The notes under the pieces: generated by a model
The model's database searches: none
What the model was told of the DNA's origin: nothing
Seen by the model: only the letters and a program-made list of their open reading frames with translations
Made by a program: the position numbers and the translations under genes
Assembly: GCA_000175855.1 (NCBI GenBank)
Contig: ACYB01000029.1
Location: 79,550 to 111,549 of the forward strand
Direction of reading: 5' to 3'
Length of the DNA: 32,000 bases
Source of the DNA: Raphidiopsis brookii D9
Lineage (GTDB): Bacteria > Cyanobacteriota > Cyanobacteriia > Cyanobacteriales > Nostocaceae
In this document: positions 17,878 to 29,300 of the stretch, in pieces
Layout of the letters: every line of letters begins with the position of its first letter
How positions within the stretch are numbered: position 1 is the stretch's first letter

Positions 17878-18936
17878 ATGTTCAGCGAAAAAGAGTTGTC
17901 TAACGAGCTAAAACTAGAACAAAAAAGTTTGGATTCAGTAGGTAAATTGCCTAGAGTAACGGCACTAGTATCACTGTTTACCGCCTTAGTGGCACTATCT
18001 TTTGCTGCTATTTTTATTAGATTGAGTGAATTAGAAATCGGTTCTAATGCTACCATATTTAACCGTCTATGGATTGCCACTCTATTTTTTGGCTTGTGGA
18101 ATAGCATTAAACAAATACAAGCGAAAGACCCAAAAAATTTAAGTTCCTCGGCATTTAAATTGAATACAAGACATTTCAGCTTTTTTAATTATACTGCTCC
18201 TCAAGTTACCATACGTTACAATTTACCTACTCAGCAGGAGCTAGGACTATTAATTTTAATGGGTGTCGCTTCATCTATATCCATTATTTTATGGTCATGG
18301 TCACTAACACAAACTAGTGTGGCTAACTCTACAGTGCTACGAAATCTAACTCCAGTTTTTACTACTTTATGGGGATGGTTATTACTAAAACAATCTTTTG
18401 ATCTTCAATTTTTAGCAGGAATGGCGATCGCTTTTATGGGAGTAGTTACTATTGGTATTAGTGGTTTCTCCGTCTCTATTGACCAGATCATAGGTGATGG
18501 AGCAGCCTTACTGGCTGCAATGTTATATAGTATTTACCTTTTGACTATTGAACAACTCCGAGCCAGATTTTCCACTGCTACTATTTTGCTGTGGCGCTGT
18601 ACCATAGGAACAGTCATTACCTTACCCATTGCATTATTAACAGATCCACAAATTTTTCCCACTAGCTTGTCAGGTTGGGTGGCAGTAATTTCCTTAGCAC
18701 TAATTTGTCAAGTTTTAGGGCAAGGTTTACTAGCACAGTCTCTCAATCAACTCTCTTCTGGTTTTGTAGCCACAACTCTTCTACTTGAACCAGTCATTAG
18801 TGCATTTATAGCCTGGTTAATTTTTTTTGAGAAGTTAACTTTTTTAAACTGGATAGCATTTTGTGTTGTTTTATCCGGAGTATATTTAGCAAAACCACGT
18901 CAACTTGTAGCCACAAACTCAGAAAAAGATGATTAA
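17878..18936 (+). CDS. DMT-superfamily (EamA-type) transporter
   Basis: 352 aa with two EamA-like halves of multiple TM helices (ALSFAAIFIRLSE..., ...LLEPVISAFIAWLIFFEKLT). It has an unusual ~50-aa hydrophilic insertion after TM2. Confidence 0.8.
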   Translation: MFSEKELSNELKLEQKSLDSVGKLPRVTALVSLFTALVALSFAAIFIRLSELEIGSNATIFNRLWIATLFFGLWNSIKQIQAKDPKNLSSSAFKLNTRHFSFFNYTAPQVTIRYNLPTQQELGLLILMGVASSISIILWSWSLTQTSVANSTVLRNLTPVFTTLWGWLLLKQSFDLQFLAGMAIAFMGVVTIGISGFSVSIDQIIGDGAALLAAMLYSIYLLTIEQLRARFSTATILLWRCTIGTVITLPIALLTDPQIFPTSLSGWVAVISLALICQVLGQGLLAQSLNQLSSGFVATTLLLEPVISAFIAWLIFFEKLTFLNWIAFCVVLSGVYLAKPRQLVATNSEKDD

Positions 18937-20104
18937 TTATCTACCCACAAATATAAATCCTGATTGGGATTCTAGTTTTCTCCAACATAGTCTGAAGTGT
19001 CTGTTTAAGAAACTGCGTATTGTCGTAATTCACGGGGGTGATAGCAACAAAGAAGGCTCAGTTATTTATAAAACTCACAATCCACGCTCCAGAAAAACCT
19101 ATGAACAAGTAGCCCAAGATATTGCTAAGGCACTCATGACAATTGGATTTGATCATGTTTTTGTCATGGCAGATGATATGACTCTCCCTCAAAGGCTCAA
19201 ACAGGAAAATATTCACCTTGCCTGGCTCAATACTGGCGGTGTTCAAGGATATAACTCAGTTTGTCACACTCCGGCTTTATTAGAAATGCTCGGAATTCCC
19301 TATGTAGGTCATAATCCCTTGAACAGTTCCATACTTGATCAAAAACATATTTTCAAACGAGAACTTCAGACATGGGGGATAAATACTGCTCCTTTCGTGA
19401 CTTGGCATCCAGCTCAAGGATTATTTGACCATCATCGGAGTGAGAATTTTGCGATAACTTTCCCTAACTACAAGGGACCGTTTGTTGTTAAACCTGTATC
19501 TGGTCGTGCTTCATTAAATATACATTTTGCTAAAAATATTGAGGATTTATCCGCAGCAGTGGCGAATATCCACCATACTACTCACAGTACTGCTTTAATT
19601 GAAACTTATTTTCCAGGTCGGGAATTCTGCGTTTCTGTATGTGGTTACGTTATCCATATTAATAAAACCTTTTATAAGAAAACCCAACCATTTGCTTTCT
19701 CCACAATTGAGCGGATTTTAGAGCCTGGGGAACATATCTTTACATCAATGGACAAGAAGCCTATTACTACTGAACGAATTCACTTGCTTGATGATCACGA
19801 ATCGGAATTAAAGCAAAATTTAATTGAAATAGCTCAAAAACTATATCAGAGTTTTCATTTAAATACTTTAGTCAGAGTTGATTTGAGGAGTGATGAAAAC
19901 GGTATCCTTCATGTGTTAGAAGCAAATCCGAAACCAGACCTCAAACGGCCTAATAATATTGCCACTAGTTTAGTAGCTGAAGGACTACATGAACAGAGAA
20001 TGAATTACGAAGATTTAATTTTAAGTTTATTGAGCGATCGCCTAGACTATTTACTCACTTACCATCAGCAAATTATTCAACACATTATTGAGATGATTGA
20101 TTAA
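18929..20104 (+). CDS. D-alanine--D-alanine ligase-family ATP-grasp enzyme
   Basis: Ddl-like N-terminus (LRIVVIHGGDSNKEGSVI; LNTGGVQGYNSVCHTPALLEMLGIPYVGHNPL) and an ATP-grasp core (PFVVKPVSGRASLNI..., REFCVSV, VRVDLRSDENGILHVLEANPKP). The start overlaps the DMT stop by 8 nt (ATGATTAA). Confidence 0.8.
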   Translation: MINYLPTNINPDWDSSFLQHSLKCLFKKLRIVVIHGGDSNKEGSVIYKTHNPRSRKTYEQVAQDIAKALMTIGFDHVFVMADDMTLPQRLKQENIHLAWLNTGGVQGYNSVCHTPALLEMLGIPYVGHNPLNSSILDQKHIFKRELQTWGINTAPFVTWHPAQGLFDHHRSENFAITFPNYKGPFVVKPVSGRASLNIHFAKNIEDLSAAVANIHHTTHSTALIETYFPGREFCVSVCGYVIHINKTFYKKTQPFAFSTIERILEPGEHIFTSMDKKPITTERIHLLDDHESELKQNLIEIAQKLYQSFHLNTLVRVDLRSDENGILHVLEANPKPDLKRPNNIATSLVAEGLHEQRMNYEDLILSLLSDRLDYLLTYHQQIIQHIIEMID

Positions 20105-20139
20105 ACTACAAGTCTAAAACTTTAAGTAAGTGAGGTTGA

Positions 20140-20313
20140 GATTTTTATCTGGGAGATGATAATATTGAACGGGACAAAATTATTTTGGCTGCTATGGGAT
20201 CGCCAGATGACAGACAGATAGATGGAATAGGAGGTGCAACCACACTGACAAGTAAGGTTGTGGTTTTATCTTTATCCAATCACCATTGGGCAGATATAGA
20301 TTTCCGTGATTGA
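20140..20313 (+). pseudogene. possible orphan 3' gene fragment (family not recognised)
   Basis: A stop-to-stop frame with no start codon: DFYLGDDNIERDKIILAAMGSPDDRQIDGIGGATTLTSKVVVLSLSNHHWADIDFRD*. The composition is protein-like, but the frame is only 57 codons long. Confidence 0.25.
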
Positions 20314-20363
20314 ACTTTACCATGACCCAATGCTAAACCAGTAACTAGCATTCCTAGCTATAA

Positions 20364-20384
20364 GAGCAGGTTTTAAACCTGCTC
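20364..20384 (-). terminator. hairpin immediately downstream of dxs (possible intrinsic terminator)
   Basis: GAGCAGGTT / AACCTGCTC forms a perfect 9-bp stem around a 3-nt loop, 6 nt after the dxs stop (complement of 20391-20393). On the minus strand it is followed by TTATAGC, which is only weakly U-rich. Confidence 0.45.
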
Positions 20385-20390
20385 CTAATC

Positions 20391-22283
20391 CTAAACCTTA
20401 ACTAACTCCTTTTTAAAAAAAGCTTGCAAAATATCGTTGACAATTTGCTCACTAGTTAAACCCAAACCAACTTTAGACTCCTCCGGAGTAGCATGATCCA
20501 CCAATTCATCAGGTATACCAATTCTCTTCACTGGTATAACCACATTGGCATCCAACAAAGCTTCCGCTACCGCAGATCCAAAGCCACCCATTAAACAACC
20601 TTCCTCTAAAGTGACAACCCGACCAATTTTTTCAGCCAGGGGTATAATCAAATCTATATCCAAAGGCTTGACAAATCGCGCATTAATCACAGTAGCTTCA
20701 ATACCATGTTCACTGAGAATCTGGGCAACCTGCATTCCCGAATTAACCATCGTACCGTAGCCCACAATTAGCAGGTCATCTCCCTGACGAAGAATTTCTC
20801 CCTTACCAATTTCTAGAGGTTCCCAACCTTCTTCCATTAGGGGAACACCATAACCATTACCCCGGGGAAAACGCATAGCAATTGGTCCACCTGTATATTC
20901 CACACCGGTAACCACCATTCTTTGTAGTTCTGCTTCATCCTTGGGGGCCATTAACACCATATTGGGAATACAGCGGAGATAAGCAATGTCATACATACCT
21001 TGGTGGGTGGGACCATCAGCTCCTACAATACCTGCCCTATCTAAGCAGAAAAATACGGGTAGGTTTTGAATACAGACATCATGGATAATTTGATCGTAAG
21101 CACGTTGTAGAAATGTAGAATAAATAGCTGCTACAGGGCGCATACCTTCACAGGCCAAACCAGCAGCTAGAGTAACAGCATGTTGCTCCGCAATGCCCAC
21201 ATCAATATATTGGTGGGGTAATTTAGCTTGTAGTTTATCTAAACCAGTACCCGTAGCCATTGCAGCTGTAATGCCAACAATTTTTGGGTTTTGTTCAGCT
21301 AGTTTCACCAAAGTATGAGAAAATACCTTAGAATACGCAGGTGGTTTAGGCTTATTGGAAGGAATTGCTTTACCAGTGGCTAAATTAAAGGGATTTTGGG
21401 CATGATAACCCACCTGGTCTTTTTCAGCTACTTCATATCCCTTACCCTTAACAGTAGCAACATGAACTAAAACTGGACCAAATATTTGATGTGCTTGTTG
21501 AAAGGTAGTAATTAGCTCTTCTAAATTGTGACCATCTACCGGACCCATGTAAGTAAAGCCCAGTTCTTCAAATACTGCACCTAACTTAGACATGGCTAAT
21601 CGCTTCATCCCCTCTGTTACACGTTCTAATTCATCACCAACAAAGGGAATATGTTTGAGTTGTTCTTCAATATTATCAGCAATAAACTGTACTGGAGGGC
21701 TAAGACGCATTTTATTTAGATAGCGAGGTATGGCGCCCACATTGGGAGAGATGGACATTTCATTGTCATTGAGAACCACTAATAAATTAGTTTTAGGTAG
21801 GTGTCCAGCGTGATTAATAGCCTCTAGAGCCATACCTCCTGTTAAAGCACCATCACCAATAACAGCAGCTACCTTGAATTTTTCCCCCTTCATATCCCTA
21901 GCTAAAGCCATACCCAGAGCAGCAGAAATACTAGTGGAAGCGTGTCCCGCACCAAAATGGTCAAATTGGCTCTCACAACGCTTGAGATAACCAGCAACCC
22001 CGTCCTTTTGTCTGAGGGTATGGAAATCATGGTAACGCCCTGTGATTAACTTATGGGGATAAGCTTGGTGTCCCACATCCCAAATTACCTTATCCCGATC
22101 TAAATCTAGTGTCTGGTAGAGTCCCAAAGTTAACTCCACAACTCCTAACCCGGGACCCAGATGTCCACCACTTGCAGCTACAGTTTGTAGGTGTTTATCC
22201 CTAATTTGTTTAGCTATTTCCTGCAGTTGGCGAATAGATAACCCGTGTAACTGGTTTGGATGGGTGATTTCACTCAGAAGCAT
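20391..22283 (-). CDS. dxs: 1-deoxy-D-xylulose-5-phosphate synthase
   Basis: 630 aa with the thiamine-diphosphate motif [16 protein letters not shown] and a [12 protein letters not shown] motif. It is full-length DXS-like. Confidence 0.97.
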   Translation of the reverse strand: MLLSEITHPNQLHGLSIRQLQEIAKQIRDKHLQTVAASGGHLGPGLGVVELTLGLYQTLDLDRDKVIWDVGHQAYPHKLITGRYHDFHTLRQKDGVAGYLKRCESQFDHFGAGHASTSISAALGMALARDMKGEKFKVAAVIGDGALTGGMALEAINHAGHLPKTNLLVVLNDNEMSISPNVGAIPRYLNKMRLSPPVQFIADNIEEQLKHIPFVGDELERVTEGMKRLAMSKLGAVFEELGFTYMGPVDGHNLEELITTFQQAHQIFGPVLVHVATVKGKGYEVAEKDQVGYHAQNPFNLATGKAIPSNKPKPPAYSKVFSHTLVKLAEQNPKIVGITAAMATGTGLDKLQAKLPHQYIDVGIAEQHAVTLAAGLACEGMRPVAAIYSTFLQRAYDQIIHDVCIQNLPVFFCLDRAGIVGADGPTHQGMYDIAYLRCIPNMVLMAPKDEAELQRMVVTGVEYTGGPIAMRFPRGNGYGVPLMEEGWEPLEIGKGEILRQGDDLLIVGYGTMVNSGMQVAQILSEHGIEATVINARFVKPLDIDLIIPLAEKIGRVVTLEEGCLMGGFGSAVAEALLDANVVIPVKRIGIPDELVDHATPEESKVGLGLTSEQIVNDILQAFFKKELVKV

Positions 22284-22488
22284 ATTATAAGCTTTCCCTC
22301 TCTACATTATTGGCATTAATTGATTTTCCTACTAGATGTAGGTACAAAAACGCTGTTTTATAACTATAACGTTGGTTAGCTATCAACGGAGCGGGTAAAT
22401 GGAGGTTGATAAATAAAATGACCAGATTTTGTAGTATATTCGGTGGTGAGAGCATTTTTGATTTGGTGAAATTTTTGGGAGTTTAGCA

Positions 22489-23199
22489 ATGTCCGTATCA
22501 GCAGACCCAGTTAAGTTGATGAAGCAAGAAGTCGGTAAAGCGGCCGCGTCCCTGGTAAAATCAGGTTCTATTGTCGGTTTAGGTACGGGGTCAACTACTG
22601 CTTACACTATTCAGTTTTTGGGCGATCGCCTGAAATCTGGTGAGCTTAAGGATATTGTTGGTATCCCCACTTCCTTTCAGTCGGAAGTTTTGGCAAAACA
22701 CTATGGAGTTCCTCTTACCACTTTAGACGCTGTTGACCATATTGACATTGCTATTGATGGTGCTGATGAAGTTGATCCTAATAAAAATTTAATTAAGGGT
22801 GGTGGTGCAGCACACACTCGAGAAAAGGTAGTAGACTATTTAGCAAGTCAATTTATTGTTGTAGTTGACAGTGGTAAGTTAGTGGACCATTTGGGTTCTA
22901 CCTTTGCTGTTCCCGTGGAAGTGATACCTATGGCTATTACCCCTGTGGTCAACGCTATTAAAAAACTGGGCGGAAATCCGGAATTACGCATGGGTGTGAA
23001 AAAAGCCGGTCCTGTGATTACAGATCAAGGTAATATGGTGGTTGATGTCAAATTTGACACCATTGAAGATCCGGTAAATTTGGAAAAAACCCTGAATAAT
23101 ATCCCTGGTATTCTGGAAAATGGCATCTTTGTCAACTGTGTGGATTTGGTATTAATTGGCGAAGTAATTGATGGTAAGCCCTCTGTCCGACAAATGTAG
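22489..23199 (+). CDS. rpiA: ribose-5-phosphate isomerase A
   Basis: RpiA motifs [15 protein letters not shown] and [11 protein letters not shown]; 236 aa. Confidence 0.95.
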   Translation: MSVSADPVKLMKQEVGKAAASLVKSGSIVGLGTGSTTAYTIQFLGDRLKSGELKDIVGIPTSFQSEVLAKHYGVPLTTLDAVDHIDIAIDGADEVDPNKNLIKGGGAAHTREKVVDYLASQFIVVVDSGKLVDHLGSTFAVPVEVIPMAITPVVNAIKKLGGNPELRMGVKKAGPVITDQGNMVVDVKFDTIEDPVNLEKTLNNIPGILENGIFVNCVDLVLIGEVIDGKPSVRQM

Positions 23200-23246
23200 G
23201 TGGGGGTTGGGAAATGGGGAAATTAACCGATTTAGGAGGGTAAATA

Positions 23247-23681
23247 ATGACATTATCCCTTTATGATCAAGATATTTTACTCTGGGTTGAGGATACGGTT
23301 GCTAAACTCAAAGCTGGGAATTTTCACGACTTAGATATTGTCAATTTAATTCAGGAAGTAGAAGCTTTGGGAAGTTCACAAAAAAGAGAATTATTAAGTC
23401 GTTTAATTGTCTTAATAGAGCACTTGCTTAAACGACTATATGTTAATTCTCCCTATGATTATCATGGTTGGGAGCGGACAATTAGAACTCAAAGGACAGA
23501 GTTAGATATATTAATTAGTCAAGTACCAAGTCTTAAATCCTTATGGAATGAGACCTTTCAGGAAGCTTGGCGACGTGCCCTCAAAAACGTAACCAATGAG
23601 TATAAATCCGTCAATTTTCCCAACCAATGGACTCATTCATGGGACTTAGCAACATTTCTAAGCTCTAATTTCTGGGAGTAA
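23247..23681 (+). CDS. DUF29-family protein
   Basis: The N-terminus LYDQDILLWVEDTVAKLKAGNFHDLDIVNLIQEVEALGSSQKRELLSRLIVLIEHLLK matches the cyanobacterial DUF29 pattern (LYE.D...W...........D..NL.EE.E..G.S....L). Confidence 0.85.
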   Translation: MTLSLYDQDILLWVEDTVAKLKAGNFHDLDIVNLIQEVEALGSSQKRELLSRLIVLIEHLLKRLYVNSPYDYHGWERTIRTQRTELDILISQVPSLKSLWNETFQEAWRRALKNVTNEYKSVNFPNQWTHSWDLATFLSSNFWE

Positions 23682-23717
23682 ATTTAGGAAGTAGTTTCAG
23701 TTTATAAATCTCAACTT

Positions 23718-24893
23718 ATGCTATATAGAAGATTTGGTCGCACTAACTTACAAATGCCTGTATTTTCCTGCGGGGGGATGCGTTATCAGTTTAAGTGGCA
23801 AGATATTCCTCTCCAGGAAATACCTGGGGATAATCAACGGAATTTAGCCAATATTATTCATCGAGCTGTTGATTTGGGCATCAATCATATAGAGACTGCC
23901 CGATTTTATGGTACTTCTGAAATGCAATTGGGGCAAGTTTTACCTAATATGGACAGAGAAAAGTTAATAGTCCAAACCAAAGTACCTCCCTGTTCAGATC
24001 CCCAGGAATTTCGCCAAATCTTTGAAAAATCCCTGGCCTATCTACAGTTAGAATATGTTGATTTGTTGGGGTTGCATGGAATCAACAACCAAGAACTTTT
24101 GGACTATAGCATTGGTGGTTGCTTGCAGGTAGCTAAAGAATTACAAGCCCAAGGTAAAGCGAGATTTATTGGGTTTTCTACCCACGCACCTCTGGAAGTA
24201 ATTTTACAAGCAGTTAACACTAATGAATTTGACTATATCAACCTCCATTGGTACTATATCAATCAATGGAATTGGCCAGCCATAGAAGCTGCTAATAAGT
24301 TAGATATGGGTGTGTTTATTATCAGTCCTGCTAATAAGGGGGGTATGTTATATCAACCTTCCCCAAAATTGGTTGAACTTTGTCAACCATTAAGTCCCAT
24401 AGTCTTTAATGATTTGTTTTGTTTGAGCCATCCCCAAGTTCATACTCTCAGTATTGGAGCAGCACAGCCAGGTGATTTTGATGAACATTTAAAGACCTTA
24501 GAATTGTTAGACACAGCTGATGAAATTTTACCACCAATTATCGCCAAATTAGAAAAAGCAGCCATAGACACCTTGGGTGAAGATTGGATAAAAACCTGGG
24601 ATACCAATTTACCAGTTTGGGAAAATACCCCAGGTAATATTAACATTAAATTGATTCTCTGGCTGTTAAATTTAGCTTTGTCTTATGACATGATAGAATA
24701 CGGAAAAATGCGCTATAATTTGCTGGGCAATGCTGACCATTGGTTCCCAGGAAACAGGGCTGACAAATTAGAAGAATTGGATTTGCAAGAATGTTTAGGT
24801 AATAGTCCCCATTCAGAAAAAATTCCCCTAATGTTATCTAAAGCTCATACTATCTTCAAGGGTGAAGAGGTAAAACGATTATCTCAAAGTTAA
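23718..24893 (+). CDS. aldo/keto reductase family oxidoreductase
   Basis: AKR-type N-terminus (MLYRRFGRTNLQMPVFSCGGMRY...GINHIETARFYGTSE) with YVDLLGLHG and FIGFSTH segments; 391 aa. Confidence 0.85.
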   Translation: MLYRRFGRTNLQMPVFSCGGMRYQFKWQDIPLQEIPGDNQRNLANIIHRAVDLGINHIETARFYGTSEMQLGQVLPNMDREKLIVQTKVPPCSDPQEFRQIFEKSLAYLQLEYVDLLGLHGINNQELLDYSIGGCLQVAKELQAQGKARFIGFSTHAPLEVILQAVNTNEFDYINLHWYYINQWNWPAIEAANKLDMGVFIISPANKGGMLYQPSPKLVELCQPLSPIVFNDLFCLSHPQVHTLSIGAAQPGDFDEHLKTLELLDTADEILPPIIAKLEKAAIDTLGEDWIKTWDTNLPVWENTPGNINIKLILWLLNLALSYDMIEYGKMRYNLLGNADHWFPGNRADKLEELDLQECLGNSPHSEKIPLMLSKAHTIFKGEEVKRLSQS

Positions 24894-24914
24894 ATTCCTC
24901 CATCACCCTCTGAA

Positions 24915-26216
24915 CTAATTTGTATGGGGGACAACTAAAACCTTGTCAACTCTATTGCCATCCATATCCATAACTTCAATTCTCATTCCTTGCCATTCAA
25001 AATGGTCTGCTGCGGTAGGAATACGTCCTAAATTAGTGATGACTAACCCACCCAGAGTTTGATAGTTTCCTCTTGCTTCCGTTTCTAATTCTTCCACGTC
25101 AAAAAGTTCAAAAAACTCTTCTACGGGTAACATACCATCCACCAACCAGGAACCATCTTCCCTTTGTACCGCTTGAGGTTCTTCCTGTCCCGGTTGTGCA
25201 GGAACATCACCCACAATTTCACTCATAATGTCATTTAGGGTAACCAAGCCTTGAATTACTCCATACTCGTCTACAACTAAAGCAATATGAGTGACAGTTT
25301 GTTTAAATAATTCCAGAACCTTTAAACCTCTGGTGCTTTCAGGTACAAAAACTGGTTGACGTAATCCTATGGTTAAATCAAAAGGTTCATTGCGTAAACT
25401 CCTGGAGAGTAAATCAGTTACCGGAATTACCCCTAAAACATTGTCCATTCCTTCTTGACATACGGGGTAACGGGAGTAATTACTCGCAGACATTTTCTGG
25501 CGATTTTCCTCGGGTGAATCATCCAGGTCTAACCAGACAATGTCCGGACGAGGAGTCATGAAAAAAGTCACCGGGCGATCGCCCAGACGAAATACCCTCT
25601 CGACCATATCCTGCTCCGCTGCTTCAAACGTTCCTGCTTCCGTACCTTGTTCTATTAAAATCTTGATTTCCTCTTCCGTAACCTGGGGTTCCTCCGAAGG
25701 TCTAATACCCAAAATTTGTAACACTGTCTCGGTTGATATACTCAACATGTATACTATAGGAGAAGCTAAACTAGCTAAAGCCCTCATAGGAATAGCTATA
25801 AAAGCAGCTATTTTTTCCGGATTATTCAATGCTAAACGTTTTGGTACTAATTCACCAACAATTAAGGATAAATAGGTAATGACTAAAACTACCACGCCAA
25901 AAGCAATAGTCTGACTATAAGGTGATAAAAAGGGTACTAACTCAACATATTTTTCCAATCTTTGGGCAATGGTAGCACCACCGAAAACACCGTTTAGAAT
26001 ATTAATCAGTGTGATTCCCACCTGAACAATGGACAGGAAGTGATTAGGAGCTTCTGCTAGCTCTAAAGCAGCTTGAGCATTAAGACTTCCTTGATTGGCT
26101 AATTGCTGTAATCTAGCTTTACGAGCAGACACTATAGCCATTTCCGACATGGAAAATATTCCGTTAGCCAAAATCAGTGCCAAAATAATGAGAATTTCCA
26201 CAGTAATGGGAGACAT
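24915..26216 (-). CDS. CNNM/hemolysin-family protein (DUF21 TM domain + CBS pair + CorC_HlyC)
   Basis: An N-terminal 4-TM DUF21-like region, a CBS-pair region (VMTPRPDIVWLD...VVDEYGVIQGLVTLNDI) and a C-terminal CorC/HlyC-like domain (GNYQTLGGLVITNLGRIP...G). Confidence 0.9.
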   Translation of the reverse strand: MSPITVEILIILALILANGIFSMSEMAIVSARKARLQQLANQGSLNAQAALELAEAPNHFLSIVQVGITLINILNGVFGGATIAQRLEKYVELVPFLSPYSQTIAFGVVVLVITYLSLIVGELVPKRLALNNPEKIAAFIAIPMRALASLASPIVYMLSISTETVLQILGIRPSEEPQVTEEEIKILIEQGTEAGTFEAAEQDMVERVFRLGDRPVTFFMTPRPDIVWLDLDDSPEENRQKMSASNYSRYPVCQEGMDNVLGVIPVTDLLSRSLRNEPFDLTIGLRQPVFVPESTRGLKVLELFKQTVTHIALVVDEYGVIQGLVTLNDIMSEIVGDVPAQPGQEEPQAVQREDGSWLVDGMLPVEEFFELFDVEELETEARGNYQTLGGLVITNLGRIPTAADHFEWQGMRIEVMDMDGNRVDKVLVVPHTN

Positions 26217-26384
26217 GGGAGTGAGGGAATGAGGGAGAAAGAGATAGCAAGAGGGAAAAAATGATTTTTCCTTCCCACCAATTTATTACTCATATTACCC
26301 ATTTTCCATTTGCGTAAAATAATTGGTATATAGATTGTATCTATATTTTTTCTTCTTTTTCGACTTCTCACTTGAGCAACAGCT

Positions 26385-29300
26385 ATGACTTTTTCTTCTA
26401 TTGTACGTAGTTTGATGCGATCGCCTCTGACCACGGAACTCAACAATCAACTCAAAAAACACCAGCAATTGGGCTTAAATGGCATTTCTCGCCTACCCAA
26501 AAATCTCATCGCTTCTGCGCTTGCTAACCAAGAAAGTCGTGATTTGTGTATTATCTGTGCCACATTAGAGGAAGCCGGTAGATTTTATGCCCAATTAGAA
26601 ACTATGGGATGGAATACTGTCCACTTTTACCCAACATCGGAAGCTTCTCCCTATCAACCTTTTGATCCGGAAACAGAGTTAAGTTGGGGTCAAATGCAGG
26701 TATTAGCGGATTTAGTTAGTAATAGTGATCATAAGAGTATGGCTCTTATTACCACCATAGGAGCATTACAACCACACTTACCACCTCGGGAACATTTTAA
26801 ATCCTTCTGCTTGACCTTACAAAAGGATATGGCATATAGTTTAGAACAATTTGGGGAAAAAATAACTGCTTTGGGATACGAGCGGGTTTCCCTAGTGGAA
26901 ACAGAAGGTCAATGGAGTAGACGGGGTGACATTGTGGATGTATTTCCCGTTGCTTGTGAGTTACCGGTGCGTTTGGAATGGTTTGGGGATGACATTGAAA
27001 AAATCCGTGAATTTGATCCTAGTACCCAGCGCTCAGCGTTAGACAAAGTCAATCAAATTACCTTGACCCCCACCAGTTTTGCACCGATTGTTTTATCTGC
27101 TTTGAAAGATAATGCTCCATTTTGGCAATTCAGTTCCCAACTTGATTTAAATTCAGAAGTAATAGAAAATTCAGGGTTAGAAGGTAGTAGAAGATTTCTG
27201 GGTTTTGCCTTCGACCAACCCGCATCAATTCTAGATTATTTACCAACCAATACCCTAGTAGCAATTGATGAAATTGAACAATGTCATGCCCATGGCGATC
27301 GCTGGGTAGAAAATGCCGATGAGCAATGGCTACTAATCAACGATCAATTATCTACCACCTTCCCGAAAATACATATAAATTTTGAGGAATGTTTAGGGGA
27401 AAAAGTCAGCAATTTTAGTACCCTATATTTATCGGAAATAGCAGAAGAAAATAGTGGTAATATAACTGACAAAGATGCCAGTCAGCCAACCAGTTCCCAC
27501 AGGTTTGTTCCCAGCTATAATTTAGCAGGTAGACCCTTACCAATCCATCCCCATCAATTTGCGAAATTAGCAGCTACCATCCGCCAAGAAAGAGACCACA
27601 AATTTGCGGTTTGGATTATTTCTGCCCAACCTTCTCGTTCGGTTGCTCTATTGCAAGAACATGATTGTGCAGCTCAGTTTATTCCCAATCCGAGAGATTA
27701 TCAAGCCATTGATAAACTGCAAATTAATCAAACACCAGTTGCTCTGAAATATTCTGGTTTAGCGGAATTAGAAGGAGTAATTTTACCTTCTTACCGGTTA
27801 GTAATTATTACGGATCGGGAATTTTATGGTCAACACGCCCTAGCTAACTTTGGCTATGTGCGTAAACGTCGTAAAGCAGCATCTAAACAGGTTGATCCTA
27901 ATAAATTAAGGGCGGGTGATTTTGTCGTACATCGTAGCCATGGAATCGGCAAATTTGTCAAATTAGAAAGTTTGACAATCAATGACGAAACCCGGGATTA
28001 TTTAGTCATTCAATATGCTGATGGTGTGTTGAGAGTAGCAGCAGATCAAGTTGGTTCCCTCTCCAGATTTAGAACGAACTTAGATAGACCCCCACAACTA
28101 CATAAAATGACCGGTAAAGCTTGGGATAACACCAAGAATAAAGTCAAAAAAGCTATTAAAAAATTAGCAGTTGATTTGTTACAATTATATGCAGCTCGTT
28201 CCCAGCAAGAGGGTTTTTCCTACCCACAAGACATGCCTTGGCAAGAAGAAATGGAAGATTCCTTTCCTTACCAACCCACCATAGATCAATTAAAAGCAGT
28301 GCAAGATGTTAAGAGAGATATGGAAAGTCCAAGACCTATGGATCGCCTAGTTTGTGGTGACGTGGGTTTTGGTAAAACAGAAGTGGCAATTAGGGCAATT
28401 TTTAAAGCTGTTACTGCAGGTAAACAAGTAGCACTTTTAGCTCCAACCACTATTTTAACTCAGCAACATTATCACACCATAAAAGAACGTTTTGCACCCT
28501 ATCCTATCCATGTAGGCTTATTAAATCGTTTCCGTTCTCCTGAAGAAAAACGCAATATTCAAAAACGACTATTAACTGGTGAGTTAGATATAGTTGTGGG
28601 CACCCATCAATTGTTAGGTAAAGGAGTACAATTTAAGGACTTAGGATTATTAGTAATTGATGAAGAGCAGAGATTTGGAGTCAATCAAAAAGAAAAAATC
28701 AAAACTTTAAAAACACACCTGGACGTATTGACCCTATCAGCAACCCCCATTCCCAGAACCTTATATATGTCCCTATCTGGGATTAGAGAAATGAGTTTAA
28801 TTACCACTCCACCTCCTACTAGAAGACCGATTCAAACCCATTTAGCCCCATTAAACCCCCAAATTGTCAGCAGTGCCATTAGACAGGAATTAGATAGGGG
28901 CGGACAAGTGTTTTACGTTGTCCCCAGGGTTGAGGGTATAGAAGAAACTACAACCAGACTCCGAGAAATGATTCCCAGCGGTAGATTTGTCATAGCCCAT
29001 GGTCAAATGGATGAAAGTCAGCTAGAATCAACCATGTTAACTTTTAGTAACCATGAAGCAGACATTTTAGTATGTACCACAATTATCGAATCTGGATTAG
29101 ATATCCCGCGAGTTAATACCATTTTAATTGAAGATGCTCACCGATTTGGACTCTCCCAATTATATCAATTAAGGGGAAGAGTAGGAAGAGCAGGAATTCA
29201 AGCCCATGCTTGGTTGTTTTATCCTAAACAAAGAGAATTGTCCGATGCTGCTAGACAAAGATTAAGAGCCATTCAAGAATTTACCCAACTAGGTTCTGGT

